A stretch of DNA of 56,555 nucleotides, filler included, from Dirinaria sp. TL-2023a (GCA_051941275.1; 5 parts of 5 records of this genome joined end to end with filler, not necessarily neighbours in it), one strand, 5' to 3'; positions 23,846 through 36,910 are shown, counted from the first letter of the whole stretch. The notes: generated by a model from the sequence alone, not told the origin. Translations and numbers: made by a program.

Positions 23846-26135
23846 TCCATCACAGAAAAATATACTGGGGAGATAGGGGTACACTTGCATTGACAATAGT
23901 CCCACACGAATACTGAACCACAGCTCCTAAGTGCGTAGGATATTCTAAGAAGAACCTTTACATTTCAGCATTTAAGTGCAGACAAATCGAGCAACCCAAT
24001 GGAGGCAAAGCTTGAATATGATTGACGAAGTATGAACGCAATCGAGGCAATCGCGATGCTTCTCAGGGATATCATCGCAAGTGTTCCAAGCCTTGATCTG
24101 AGTTATGCCAGTGGAGTATTATCAGTCGAAGTCTCACCTTCTCGCACTAGATTCTCGACAATTTCAGGATCTCAAGAAGGTCAGTTCTCAATGACGAAAG
24201 ATCGAAGCGATCGAAAATATACTCCTCAGTCTTCATCAAATAGGATCCGATAACTGGCCTTAATCATGTCACTGAAGGATACTCAATCACGATCTTCCGT
24301 GCCTGCAATACATCATCGACAATATCAGCAACCTAAACAGCTTATGCTCAGACGGCTCCGATGAGGCTGTACGCGAAGAAGCTCACAACCGCATGCATTC
24401 CCGAACTTGCACAATCGCCGCCTCTAGAGATCCGGGAGAACCAGAGATGATTTCTGGTCTTGGAGCGTCTGTGGTCGATGTCCTTGGTCTCAGATTTTGA
24501 AGCTACACCGATATATAAGAATATTTGATCAAGGTGTTGAGTCCTAACCTTACATTATCGACAATAGTAGCACCTCAAGAGGCAAAGCTCTATTACCGTC
24601 GCAATTCTAAGAAATTGAAATTCAGATGCAGTCGCAATGTCGTGTGCGTTGCTAATTTAGACGATCGCAGTTGGTCGGCTAGGCTAGAGTACCATAATCA
24701 AGCCCCTTCTGCCTGTCACACCGAAGGGAGCAGATGCAACGCAACCCACAGAAGATCACAGGTGTAGTACCATCTCGGTACGCAGCCCAACTAGTAGCCC
24801 TTGTCCTGTATATCAACGGACGAAACCTAAGTTATTGAAAGGCCGACAGCGCCTGCTCTGCATCGACAGTTGCTGCGATGTACCACCAAACAAATCAGCC
24901 ATGTACCTGACGGCGCAGAGAATACAGGTTGCCTTACCGTAACTTTTATCTAACTGCTTGATGTGCTATATAGCATTGAAAGAATTTACAAAGGCCAACG
25001 AACACAAACGGCAATCGTACCGACGCTTGGCCAAGCCTGCTTAAGTTAAATCCGCCGCATCACTCGCCTTGATGAGCACTGGATCCTAGACGAGAGCGTG
25101 CTTAAATGGTAGATTAAAGTAGTTAGTATAGGGAACAGCACAAACAAAGAATCTTGCTGCTGCCCAACCTTGAAAGCAACAAATCTGTAATCAAACCACA
25201 ATAGAGAACGGTGAGTGAGAAGGCCTAGAAAACGAAGAAAGGATGATACTGAGAAGAACAGCAGAGCCAGCCCGAGTCAACAACCTAGATCTGTCGAACG
25301 ACCAACTTAAGCCTAGCGTTCAGATGTCACCTACAAGCCGCTCTCGCATAGCCGAAAAGGAGTAGGAAAGATAGACCGTCAGAAAGCACATCAAGCAATG
25401 AATACAATCAAAGAACGGCTCTCAAGGATGGGACAGGAGAGAGCACTGAGAGAACGATATTAGAACTTCCACATCAATGGTCCAGACATGAAATGCCAAA
25501 TGCCAAAGGGGAAAGGGTACGAGCAAGTTCGACCTGGAGCTTGCGAAGCTTCACTCCAAACTTTCCTAAGCGAAGTAAGAGGCAAGAAAAAATGGCACAA
25601 CCACCCACAAAGAAGAAAAAAAAAACATACAGAAGAAGAGAAAGGACTCATAAAAGCGCCAGACAACAAATAAGTGCGGGAGCGGAGGAGGACCAAATCT
25701 GGACTAAGAAAAAAAGTCTGTCACTGGAGACACGAGGGCACGAAAGCATTGGTTCAAGGCCCCGAGAATACTGGAGTTGATTTACACAACTCATACAAGG
25801 AGAACATCAACTCCATTTAATAAATCTCCGGCAAAGGAAAGATGCTCGCAATGATTAACCAAAAAGAAAAAAAAAAAAACCAACCAACCATAGAAAGAGA
25901 ACAACGGTATCTTTACTAGCGAACGAGGCCTATGCACACCAACCACGCCTTCAGACGTATAGTCCACTCATAGGAGGAAGTAAAGGGGAAAAGGACAAGG
26001 GCCCCAGGGTGTGCCGGGTCGGGAAGATAAAAATCCAGTAGCCGGAGCATGATACCGGGACCAGCTGCCAATATTCGGTAATTCAACTCTTCATTTCAAA
26101 GTCCTGAGCAAATCTTCGACAAGCTATGAGATAGG

Positions 26136-26184
26136 AGCAAAAGGGCGGCATCCGCATTGTGTATTGTGGATGCCGCCCTTTGCT
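26136..26184. repeat. Near-perfect inverted repeat (hairpin)
   Basis: AGCAAAAGGGCGGCATCC-N14-GGATGCCGCCCTTTGCT. Confidence 0.85.
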
Positions 26185-26862
26185 TCAGTGGGCTAGTTGT
26201 AGAGCGACTACGGATTGGTAAGTAGGCTGGTCCTTCTTCACGATTCTTGGCTGATGATGGCTAGGTTGTGAGATTTATTCATAGCGCAGCATGCCGTTTG
26301 CAAGGGTTTTTAGAAGACCAGTAGTAGAGAAGAGTGTGTACGGATCTGATGATAGTGGGTTTGGGGTTGCGATGGGTCAGAGGATGTGCATTGGTGCTGG
26401 TGTCCTATTCTGCTAGAGCTATGTCGTATGTCTTTTTGCGTGTCGTCGGCGTTCGAGGGAAGTTCTTATGGAGTTGATTAGTTGCGCATTCTTTGACTTG
26501 AATGAGATTTGCTCCGGAAGTTCAGGTACTTCTTGGCGGAGGCTTGGTGGGAAGGAAGCCTGTCCAGAGCAAGCGCGATCTTGTTAGAGAGGGAATGTAC
26601 CCTTTCATATAGAAGTACACTAGAATAAAAAATTTGAATTGCTACTTCACCAGATCGATTCACACAAAATCTGTAAGCAGCAAGACTTACTCTCCATCAC
26701 GTGATCGTGATCCCTGTAACGACGATCTGCAGCGATGACATCACTCTTGGCAACCCTACTTTAAGGTATTCAAGTTCTTCAACCTCTACGCATCAAAACC
26801 GCCAAACTCCTCCACTGCACTTTTATTCATAATCTACAGTCTATTGAAAGAAAACCCTCACT

Positions 26863-27815
26863 ATGGCCGCCGTCGACTACATAACAGGCTACATCACAGA
26901 CCAAGTGGATGGCTTTGTGCGGCCGTACGTCGCCCAAGGCGCCGCCATGGTCGGCGACTTCGCAGGCGGGATCATGTACAGCGTATACCTCCATCTCTTT
27001 CTAATCTTCCTCTCTAAACTACTTGACTCAAGCTGTATCATTATGTCCTGCATGTACTAAAAAATGCGATGCAGGTCGGCGACAAAATCTCCTCCACCGG
27101 CCGCGGCGTCGGGGAGACCATCAACGGATACTCTGCCGGCGTGGGGAACAGCGTGAGCGGTGTGGCTAGAAGTATTCCTGTAGGTTGAAAACCGACTTTC
27201 TGAGCTTGTGCTTTTTGGGAGGTTGGTGAGAGGCGGTTCATGATTTTTGGGATTATAGGGCGCTCCGCAAGCGAATGTGCCGAAGGCTCTGCCCAGCACG
27301 GCGCCAACGGCGGGGAACCCGCTGGGCTTGAGCGGGCAGGACAAGAAGCCGCAGAAGGCGATTGAGGGGCCGAAGGTACGCAGATGCTTTTCTTCTTTTT
27401 TTGCTTTTTTTCCTGAGGCGTGATTCTTCCATTTTCATCAGTGGCGTGACATGACACGTATCAACTGCTACGCGGACTGTGTGCTCCCTTGTGGCGCTTA
27501 TACTGATCCCCCCTTCAGAAATCGGCGACATCAACTGCTCCAAAGGCACTACCAAGCACCGCTCCTTCGACGGTCGCGAAACCGTCTGTCCCGTCTACTC
27601 AATCGAGACCGCCCATGCCGACTACAGCGGCGGGACGCAAGGCGGAGTTGGAGAGGCTTAAAGCAAAGGGCATCCAACGTGCTGCAGCCGGTAGGACGGG
27701 ATCCAAGCCGAAACCACCTGCGCCGGAATCCGTAGTGCCAGGCGATTCCGTAAGCGAAGCCGGAAGGCCTTCGAAGAGAACGGCGAAGAAAGGCAGGAGG
27801 GGAGAGAGGCCTTGA
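26863..27815 (+). CDS. Hypothetical Gly/Ala/Pro-rich fungal protein, 4 exons
   Basis: Three phase-0 GT-AG introns (starting near 26983, 27180 and 27376) join MAAVDYITGY..GGIMYS / VGDKISSTGRGVGETING..SIP / GAPQANVPKALPSTAP..GPK / KSATSTAPKALPSTAP..GERP* into one frame. PKALPSTAP occurs twice. Confidence 0.75.
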
Positions 27816-28199
27816 GGTGAGGCGATGAGATGTGATATATATCATTTTTGGGGGGGTATTGACATGCAGGATTGTGACTTTGTATTTGGAAGTACATAAC
27901 AGTAAATCGACATGTATTATGGAAGTGCTTGCTGCCGTCAAAAAAATCAGATGAGTGATTCTCGCCAGGAGAATAAATCTTAATATATTTGAATGCATGA
28001 GAAGCACAACCCATGCGCTCTCATCTACCAAGAATCTTACCTACTCATTGGTGACCTAGATTCTCGCACGCTTCGAAATGCTGAGTGGCTACTAATATAA
28101 AGGTCCCAAAAAAGGACACGGAAAGAAAAAAAAAGTTAAATAAAGCCAACGCCTGCGATTATTAATCCAAAAGAAGGAAAACAAAAAACAACAAAAGGC

Positions 28200-29306
28200 C
28201 TAAAAAGAAGGCGTAAGCGCGTCCCTCGTAACCTGCGCCAACAGATCATGCGCCGGATACGTAACATGCCGTCCATTCAACCAGAAATACTCATTGACCG
28301 GGTACTGGCACTCAGGACTCAGATACGTCATCGAAGGCAAGCGCATCCAGTTATTGGCGTAATACGCGCAGTTGGCGTCGAGCACTTTGTAGTTCTTGGT
28401 CTGGGCGAACTGGGCTTTGTTGTCGATGACGTCGTTGAAGAGCCGGTTCATGTCCACGTGCCAGAAGTTGGCGTTTTGATATTTGGCGTTCGTGGACAGG
28501 TACGTGATCATGGATTTCAGGCGGGCGTTGTAGTTGTCCACTTCTTGTTTCTTGGCGGCGCTCACGTAGCGGAATTCCGGGGCGCGGTCGAGAGGAGGGA
28601 CATTGTAGATGACGAAGTTGCGGGCGCCGGCGCCGTAGAGCTGTTCCATGTTAGTCTTCCTCGCTTTTTTTTCTAAAACTTGAGGACGAGGAAAAACTCA
28701 CAGCTTTAAGAGCATCGGAATACATAACGAAGATCCCATTGCGATACACCGGCAGAACCTTAGCTGTATTCCAATGATCGAGATCATTGATGCCGACGAA
28801 GATGGGGAAGATGGTCGTCGACGCATTCCAACCCGGGTATAACTTGCGGCCTGGGACGAAATTCGGCAGGAAATCGTCCAGAACCTGGTCCTTGACCCCC
28901 AGTGTCGGGGAACCGGCCCAGGCGAAATCGTACGTCTGAACCAGGCTCTGGTTGTATTTGCGGGTCATGTATTGGATGAAATTAGGACCGTTGCTCGCGG
29001 TGTGCCCTTGGTATGTGCTTGGGTTGCCAAGCGGGTTGTTGGGGCTGGGCTGGGTCCCTTTCCATTTGAAGCCGGTTGAAGTGTAGGATGCACCACTGAT
29101 AGAATTTGGTCAGCCGAAATGTCGGTGCAAAGATAAGGGGTCATGCGGTATTTTGCTACTTACAAGACGAACATCTTTTCGAGATGCGGCCAGCCGGGCC
29201 ATTGCCCATTTCCATATTTGGTGGTGTAGAGCGCTGCTGTGCCGACGGCGGATTGCAGCACCAAAAGGGTGAGTAATAAAATTCGTGTAAAGAGCGGATT
29301 ATACAT
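28200..29306 (-). CDS. Secreted SGNH/GDSL acetylesterase (carbohydrate esterase family 16-like)
   Basis: Signal peptide; VFGASYTSTG, NGPNF, YDFAWAGS, FVGIND, LYGAGARNF, NVPPLDRAP, YFWLNGRH. Introns 29163-29096 and 28701-28641. Confidence 0.88.
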
Positions 29307-30571
29307 CTTGAGTCAGATGCGGCGGTAACTAGCCCGCGCTGAGTATGTAATTTGACTCCGGGTGTACAGAAGTGGGTGAACGAATTCTCATAAGATGAAC
29401 GCTACAAAGGCAGAAATTGGCCGGCATTTAGAAGAGAAGAGCGAGGAAGAGAGAGGCCAGGCTTTGTCTTTGTTGGCAGTGTTGAAATTAGATGGCGCTT
29501 AGCCGACAAAGATGTCCACGATGTCCTCAAGACAAAGCCCGATGGAGGAATTATCAAAATAGACCAACGATAGAGCAGCTGGGTTTATCTGAAATAAGCA
29601 GGATGCAATTGCGGTATTTCTTCCAAGAAAATAATAAGATGTGCCTGCGTGGCCAACGTAGCTTGGGTTATGAAGGACATGATCTTAAAAATAGTAGGAA
29701 TTCAAGGGCGGGTTGGATTGCTATGAATGTTAATGAATCTGAAAAATCCCTCATGAATCCAATGGCAGCGCACTTGGAGCCTTTTCCTAGCTAGAGCGTT
29801 TCGCTCCCTAGACGCACATCCGAGAAAGTGCTTGTCAATCTCCGAAGACTGGTAATAGTACGATTAGCCATTTATTGTCAAGTACTGCCTTTGTCCATAT
29901 GTGCTAGGAATAACCGCTTTGTTGAGAATGCAGCTTACTGAACAAAGGAATAGAGTCTGAGTGACCTAGGCTTAAGAGGTAGGCCCTGACATGCTTAATC
30001 TATGACTGAATTGAGTACTTTTCAGTCAAAGTCGGCAGTTTGAGAAGATGTGAACGAACCGTGCCATCGTGAGTAACCAACTGCTTCAACATCGCATTGG
30101 CTATCGCATTTCGAAAGTATTGTTTGCTCACTCTTCCACAATAGATATCGGCTTCAAAGATCGAGGGTTAATTCAACACTCGAGACAGCATTTTAATGTG
30201 GACTTGGCTTGTGTTGCTCAGACATTCGTGACTGGGTCTACCTTATGTAGTTGCTTCTGCTTTCGAGGTCCCGCTCAATGGACAAGGCAGGCTCGGCAGG
30301 CAAGGGAATGGTTGAAAGGGCTAACCCTAGGTTATCGAAGGATCTTGTAAAGCGGAAAACCTCGGTTGGCACAAAATGGTTTGAAATCATCAAGATCCAG
30401 ACCTTGATAGACCTTGCTCAGAGTTTAGGCTGCAATATAATATAATAATATTGTAAGCAAAAAGTTCGTGTTAGACGACCCAAGAATAGCAGCCACGAAT
30501 ATAATATATAATTTAAAGGAACCTACAGCGCCGCAAAGGCCTTTTGCGAACTCTTCAACGTTGTCCTCAAG

Positions 30572-31258
30572 ATGTCTTCCCTTCCAACCCGCATTGTGGG
30601 CGGTATTTTAGTCCCAGATACGCCTTTGATTACCAAAGCTCTTGATTATGCTCGTGCCCACCTATCCGACATGGCATATAATCACGTCGTCCGCTCTTGG
30701 TTATTCGGTTTCGCTATCGCTTCCAAGGTCCCTTCTTTTGCCGATCGTGATCTCGAGGTTCACTCCATAGCGGCCATCCTGCACGACATGGGCTGGGATA
30801 GTACAGGCAGGCTTGTAAGCTCGGACAAGCGCTTCGAAGTTGACGGTGCCAACGTCGCCCGTGAATTTCTCATCAAAGAAGGTGTATCTGAGGAGTGGGA
30901 GAAGCATCGGTTGCAACTGGTATGGGATGCCATTGCACTACACACCACTCCTTCCATCGCCTCGCACAAAGAGGACGAAGTCCAGATGATAACTTACGGC
31001 ATCTTGACCGACTTCGGAGGGCCGGATGTGTCCTTTGAGAAGCTCCTGACCTGGGAGGAGTGGGAAGGGGTGGTGAAAGAGTATCCGAGATTGGGTTTGA
31101 AGGACGGCGTAAAGGATATCTTGTGCGGGCTCTGCAGAAGCAAACCCGAGACAACGTATGACAATTTCGTGGCAGGGTATGGGGAGAAATATGTGGAGGG
31201 ATATTCGCTGGAGGGAAAGAAGCAGGTTGATGCGATCGAGGCAATGACGCTGCCCTGA
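30572..31258 (+). CDS. HD-domain metal-dependent hydrolase (cyanamide hydratase-like family)
   Basis: Intronless 228 aa; NHVVRSWLF, AILHDMG, RFEVDGANVAREF, LVWDAIALHT, KPETTYDNF. Confidence 0.88.
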   Translation: MSSLPTRIVGGILVPDTPLITKALDYARAHLSDMAYNHVVRSWLFGFAIASKVPSFADRDLEVHSIAAILHDMGWDSTGRLVSSDKRFEVDGANVAREFLIKEGVSEEWEKHRLQLVWDAIALHTTPSIASHKEDEVQMITYGILTDFGGPDVSFEKLLTWEEWEGVVKEYPRLGLKDGVKDILCGLCRSKPETTYDNFVAGYGEKYVEGYSLEGKKQVDAIEAMTLP

Positions 31259-31545
31259 GCGGTATGGTTGCGTGTGGAAAGATATGCCCTAGCTCTCCGG
31301 GCCCTCCTCCAATTTTCTCATGATGGTGCTTTTCATTATTGTCGTAAGCTCTTCAAAACCTTCAATATGTAGACTCTCCAGTCCAGTGATGTTGTTCGTA
31401 GGTTGCAAGCTCCTTTGGCACCAAGCATGGACCGCGTTCGAGAGACGGTTGCAAAAGAGCGAAATCTTCTAAGGAAACCCGGAAATTCTCAGATTGAGGC
31501 GCCACTCTCCATGCGCACTTCTTCCTAATCCTGGACTTTGAATGC

Positions 31546-31926
31546 TCAGTAAATCTCTTCAACTGGTGGCAGCTTCCAAGGATCCTCCTCGTCGCTACTC
31601 CACAAAGGGCTCCAGTCAAAGGGCGCCGGCGCAATGTCTGACCCTGTCGTCGAGCTGGCCGCGGAATTCTGCCTTGTACTCTTTTTCTCCTGGTACTCAG
31701 TATACAAATCCTCTGTGTGCTTCCTGGCTCTTCTATACTCATATCGTTCATGTGCTCTGAGGATGACAGGACCGAACCAGGTGGCGGGACTCAACCTCAT
31801 GGCAGCATCGCCGAGAGCCTGCTTTCTGGACTTGCGCTGGTAGGGCGCTTTAGCCATGTAGCTCTGGCGACGCTCAAGTTTGCGAATGACCATCTCGGTG
31901 GGTTGAATGGGGAGCATGCAAGCCAT
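31546..31926 (-). CDS. Possible small hypothetical protein
   Basis: Open frame MACMLPIQPTEMVIRKLERRQSY...DPWKLPPVEEIY*; no recognisable domain. Confidence 0.3.
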   Translation of the reverse strand: MACMLPIQPTEMVIRKLERRQSYMAKAPYQRKSRKQALGDAAMRLSPATWFGPVILRAHERYEYRRARKHTEDLYTEYQEKKSTRQNSAASSTTGSDIAPAPFDWSPLWSSDEEDPWKLPPVEEIY

Positions 31927-33559
31927 CTCAGGCGCTTTCTTCAAAAGAAAGACGATGGAAGTCAGGACGGAGGTCTGGCAGTCGGAGAGATCAAGTGATG
32001 GCTCGGAGGGATCAACAGTGCCTCATGCATGATATGTATCACGACGTGCTACATTATTGTTTTCGTACATAGATGAAATGCAAGCCCCTCATTGAGGTAT
32101 GGATGTGTGCAGATAGAGATGGACTAAAATGCCTCGGAAGTTTTATTTGCGAGCCGGTTGGTTACGGGCCGCGCGTGCCGGTTCTTGGCATGTGCAGTTG
32201 GTGTCGAGGGTGTCCGAGAGTCAGGGTCGTTAATTCGTTATCGCCGAGTTTTCATTATTGATCCTTTGTTGACTTTTGGTAGGCAATAATATCTCTGTCC
32301 ACTTGGGACTCCATCATCATCCTCATCGAGTTCGCAACAACGGGTCATGTACAGTTATCATCCGTAACGTAGGGAAATGACAGTATCATGAAGCACCCAT
32401 GCCTCTAAATCCTAACAAGGTGTCATCGCCATGACTTGCAGTATCGATGCACAATGCACGGCCTCTGCAGTAGACAACCTGCGGTCCCCGCTTCCAATTT
32501 GATCCGACATTTGACAGCAACCACGATAACTCGGCGATTAGTGAGGCAACCTCGTAAGCGGAGCCCGTTGCCCACAGTACGGAGGACGTAGAAATACTAA
32601 CCTCCTCCATAGCTTGCCTTGGCGGCTTTGTAGGATTTCTGCAGGCGCCGAAGTTTGTCCAATACCGCATCCTTCGAGATTCTCACTCCGCTCCTCGAGG
32701 TTTGTTAGTTTCCTTATGGTTACCTTAGCCATCTCGTTATTCGGTTTTCCTCGGGCGTCGGGTGATCGGCTGCATCTCAATCAAGTTAGACCCAATGGTA
32801 GGCTTGGCATATCCGCCTAGTAAGCACGCAGCATTGTACAGTAATGTACAGGAATAAACAGAGACATAGCGTCGCGTTGATCACTTGTTGCGATGGAGCT
32901 CAATTGGGGATCCGTTACTCCTCCTCAGAAGGGCAAACTGTGAGTCGCCCAACGGTTTGGTAGCACTTTGCTCTCAACTGGATTTTGCCGCCAAGCTAGC
33001 CGTCATTACATGATGGTACAAGATGTCAGTTATCAGCAAGCCATAAAACCTAGCACACAGACTGCAAGGAAGGCGCATTTACAGCTGCTAGCCAAGAACG
33101 CTCGTCCATGAGAAGCACCTAAACCTGATATTCTTACAGCGATTGGCATTCTCCTCGGAGCAGCCCTCGTTCTCGCAATTTCCGCCAGTGTAAAGTGATC
33201 TTTTAATTAGTGGTAGAGAGAGGTCCTAGAGCTATGAGAGCAATGACCAATGCTACAACTTTCATCGTCCCAGAGCCAACCCGGAATTCCATGGGCTCGG
33301 TATCCATCGTCGTGTCTATTAAGAAGGGCAATAACCACCTACCTAATGTTGTTGGGGATGGTTTGACCAAGTAGGCTTAGCGCGGTTCACTAGAGGCTTG
33401 GCACCCACACACCGGGTACTTAGCACCTTTCCTTCTCACCTGCTTCATACTTTCTTCCAGTAGTCTCTACACAATATATACTATGCACCCTACCTTGCTA
33501 CTTGCACCTTATTCTAGATTGCACCCTCATAATCTTAACACGAATGAAGTTTTTGAACG

Positions 33560-33930
33560 AAGTGGTCTTTCAGACAGTCATAATAAAGAGAAATTGCAGA
33601 GAATCGAGCTGCGACGACTCTTTTATCGATTTTTTTCGCGAATTGAAGAATTGCTACGAGATATTGCAGTGCTGATCTTGACATATTTCTGCGCGATTCG
33701 TCTTCGTTTTTTACTTATTGATCTCTTGTATTCGTCGTTGAGCTATTTCGTCTTTTCTCTTTTTTTTCGATCTTCAACAACTTGCATCTCTTTGACAGCG
33801 TCTGTTCATATGCTGATTTCAAATAGTAAGTCGCTCGCGAGAGAGGCTGAAAGAGTGAATTTTCAGAACATCGATAAACAGACTCATTTACGAGATGTTA
33901 AATCTAGACTCTACGAAGTTCAGAAAACTC
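33560..33930. mobile_element. Heavily mutated repeat/TE remnant at contig end
   Basis: AT-rich tract almost devoid of CC and GG dinucleotides, rich in TCGA/GA/TC, running into the gap. Element family not identifiable. Confidence 0.45.
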
Positions 33931-34030
33931 NNNNNNNNNNNNNNNNNNNNNNNNNNNNNNNNNNNNNNNNNNNNTTAATTAATTAANNNNNNNNNNNNNN
34001 NNNNNNNNNNNNNNNNNNNNNNNNNNNNNN
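33931..34030. other. Artificial contig-joining linker
   Basis: N44-TTAATTAATTAA-N44. Confidence 0.98.
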
Positions 34031-34389
34031 CTATTTGGCTCCGAGCGCTCAAGTAGACTAACATTCGAGACCCTTGATCGACTGGCTCGACTGGCTCGAC
34101 GTGACTCCGATGTCTGACTCTCCTTCAGTAGTTCCTGAATCTGTTCCTTGCAATTGACAACCGAGGTCTCAATTGAATTTCGTTCCTCCACTTGAAAGGT
34201 GCGACTTGACATGGATCTTTCGAGAGATTGAGATGTTTCCATGAGGTCTTCAAGCCTCTCAGTGATACTACGGAGCTCAGAGTCCTGATGCGTGTATGAG
34301 TTGTAAATGTCAAACTGCGATTGTGTTGCTTGAATCTCTAGTGAGATCACGCCCGCCACGCTTCCCGCAATGAAGAGTGGATCTGCCAT
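34031..34389 (-). CDS. HeLo-like/fungal NLR (NACHT-type) N-terminal domain protein, 3'-partial, possibly degenerate
   Basis: MADPLFIAGSVAGVISLEIQATQS...ITERLEDL...IETSVVNCKEQIQEL is typical of fungal NACHT/ankyrin NLR N-termini; truncated at the contig end. Confidence 0.65.
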
Positions 34390-35251
34390 AGGAGATCTCG
34401 ACGCAAAACCATGTGACCGTGGTTGATATATCGGATGTACGGATCAAGATAGTCAAGGCAATGTTGATTATCTTGTCCGTAAGGCTCTCCACTGTTATGA
34501 TACTTCCTGCTCTTCTCCACCGTCAACTCTTCTAGTCACCGTCGAAGACGAAGAATGGTCTGATCAAAAAATTCTTGCCGTAGTATGGTTATTTTCTTTT
34601 CTTGATCCAGAAGAACGGCTCGGTCTTAGGTTGCTACTGCCACTGGAAAGATTTATTGGCATGATACAGAACTCAGCTCCTCTTAGGCTGACTGCGACTC
34701 AGACGGTATGTGGCTAGATTCGCAAAGGCCGGAAGTAACCCCATGACATGTCGCTTCATAGGGATGTCTCAATTTGAGTGATGGGTGTTACTCAGAAGCA
34801 CGCTCGCGTGCAGGGAGGATGGTGGCGGACTCCGGAATCTAGCAGTCGCAGTCAGATGTGCAGAGAGCGACAACGCGGTCTATCATATGCTGCTGGTGAT
34901 GAAATAGGCGTATGTAGACAATATGAATAGGCCGCCGCTAGGCGCACACCATCATGCAGATTTGCTTGTTCCAACTTCGCTTGCAGCTTGTTAGCAATAA
35001 GGTATGTTATTAAACAGCTTGCACAAGTCATGGGCCTTGGTATCTAGCCGTGCCCTGGGAAATTCATCGAATGCTCCATTGATTCTTATTCCACTAAAGC
35101 AAAGCAAAGCTACATGAGGGCGAGCCTCTGCAAAATCCAGTCCCGCCCATTGCAATGGCATCTGTAAAAACTGTCAGGATCTCGAGGTTGTATCTCGGAC
35201 CCTGAAATAATCCGTCGAGCATCTTTATCGTTAACGACATGAAGGCATCCC

Positions 35252-36337
35252 TCATCTGTTCGCCACGCATTTCTTCGTTGTCAACAACTTTCGAAACTCG
35301 ATCTCGAATTTCTCTTGCAGCTTTTTCTTTTCTATCTGCTTCCCCGCCTTTTCATAGATCTTTTTCAAATGCTCACACTGCGTGTCGCCAAGCTTGACGA
35401 TCTCAACGACCGCATCTGATTGTTTTTTCGCTCGACTCACAGCTTTAAGCAATTGATGTGCATCGTCGTAGAACTCCTGTGCAGCCTTCTCTGCAGTTGC
35501 ACCACAATAGAACTCGCAATCAAGGCGCACGCGATTCAGATTAACAGCGCTAGCAGCGACGACAGTCTTTGTACTCATGAAACGCCGATAATGGAGAAGA
35601 TTTTTCACATGTGACTCAAGACTTCATTCGATGATCGTCATTTGTTTGAGAGCAGCGCAGTTCTTGAGACCAATCGTAGCGCAAAATTCATACAGCGCTC
35701 TGATATCGAACATGACGAAGTTATTGCCGCCATAGAGAACTGCGGAGACTTCGAGATTGATCTGACGGTTTAAAACGAGGATTTTGGGGAATAGACGGAG
35801 CCGCCGACCCTTATCTATCTTTGACGATGGAGATGTGGGCGCAGTGAAAGGAATTGTATCCATGGTAGTGTTCCATCCCATATTTGAATTGAGTTGTCGA
35901 TGGTTTTGATGTGGTTTTATAAATATACTCATAACCCGAATCTTTAAGAGCTCGCATGGACTCGTGAACAAGCGGTATCTCGCCAGAGCTGGAGGTGAGA
36001 AGAAGGGTATAGATCTTATTCCTCAACTCTGCTGGAAGTTTCTCGAAAGGGAAAATCTCGTTTCGTGGACGTCGTCCATCTTGTCTGACTTTGGGTTTCT
36101 GAAAAAGATCGGTCAGATCCGTATATGAGACAATTCTATGGTTTGGCGGAGAAGCCAACTTACCTTAGATGCAGACGCCTCTTGAACTTTTGAAATAACC
36201 TTGTAGTCATCGGAATCCGGTTTGGATTTGTAGTCAATATTCTGGATCTTGTCGCCATCGGAATCCTTCTTAGAGTGAGAGATTTCTGTACATTTGCGTT
36301 TAGGATTTGTGCGTCTATTCGCTGTGATTTGGGCCAT
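35252..36337 (-). pseudogene. F-box-like/DUF7730-related pseudogene
   Basis: Exon 1 36337-36164, intron 36163-36099. Motifs FPFEKLPAELRNKIY and ILVLNRQINLEVSAVLYGGNNF. Frameshift from a 4-bp duplication at 35812-35819 and an in-frame TGA at 35624-35626. Confidence 0.8.
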
Positions 36338-36910
36338 TCTGAGATGCTTGACGCCGAAATCGTGTTTGTGCGAAAGCGTGCATAAAAAAAAGTGCAACGA
36401 GTTGTGCGAGCTTCGATGATAACAAACAGTCGCGTTTATCGTGTGTGTGATCGCGTCTCCTTTAGTGTTGAACGAACATATCAGTGTCAAACAGTGCATA
36501 CGAACTTTGTTCTTTTCACCCAAATCAGCATACAGTGGTATTGTGCTTGTTATTCTTCACATTCAGATATCTACACATCAAGCTCAGCTCACCTAAGAAA
36601 TAGTTGTACAAAGGCATTGTTGATCGTCACATCACGAACTCAGATATCACAATCAATAACAACAGAATGCTGTTGATATCACAACAAGATCTTTCTGCCT
36701 GCCTCAAAAATACTATAAGAAAGACTCACTTCTCAATGTCGTTTCCGTATTCATTTCATAATCAAGCCCTGCCAGAACGATCCAACATTCAACTGAATGC
36801 AAAACCATCGAAATCAACGCCAAATTCGCCTATCAGCGATCAGATACACCTTCTCAGAAACCTACGTCTCATCCATCGAATCCTTAATAAACCGGAAACT
36901 GACTCTGGCC

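Noticed and set aside
33483..33930. 167-aa ORF at contig end
   Set aside because: Lies in a CC/GG-depleted mutated tract with biased composition, probably spurious.
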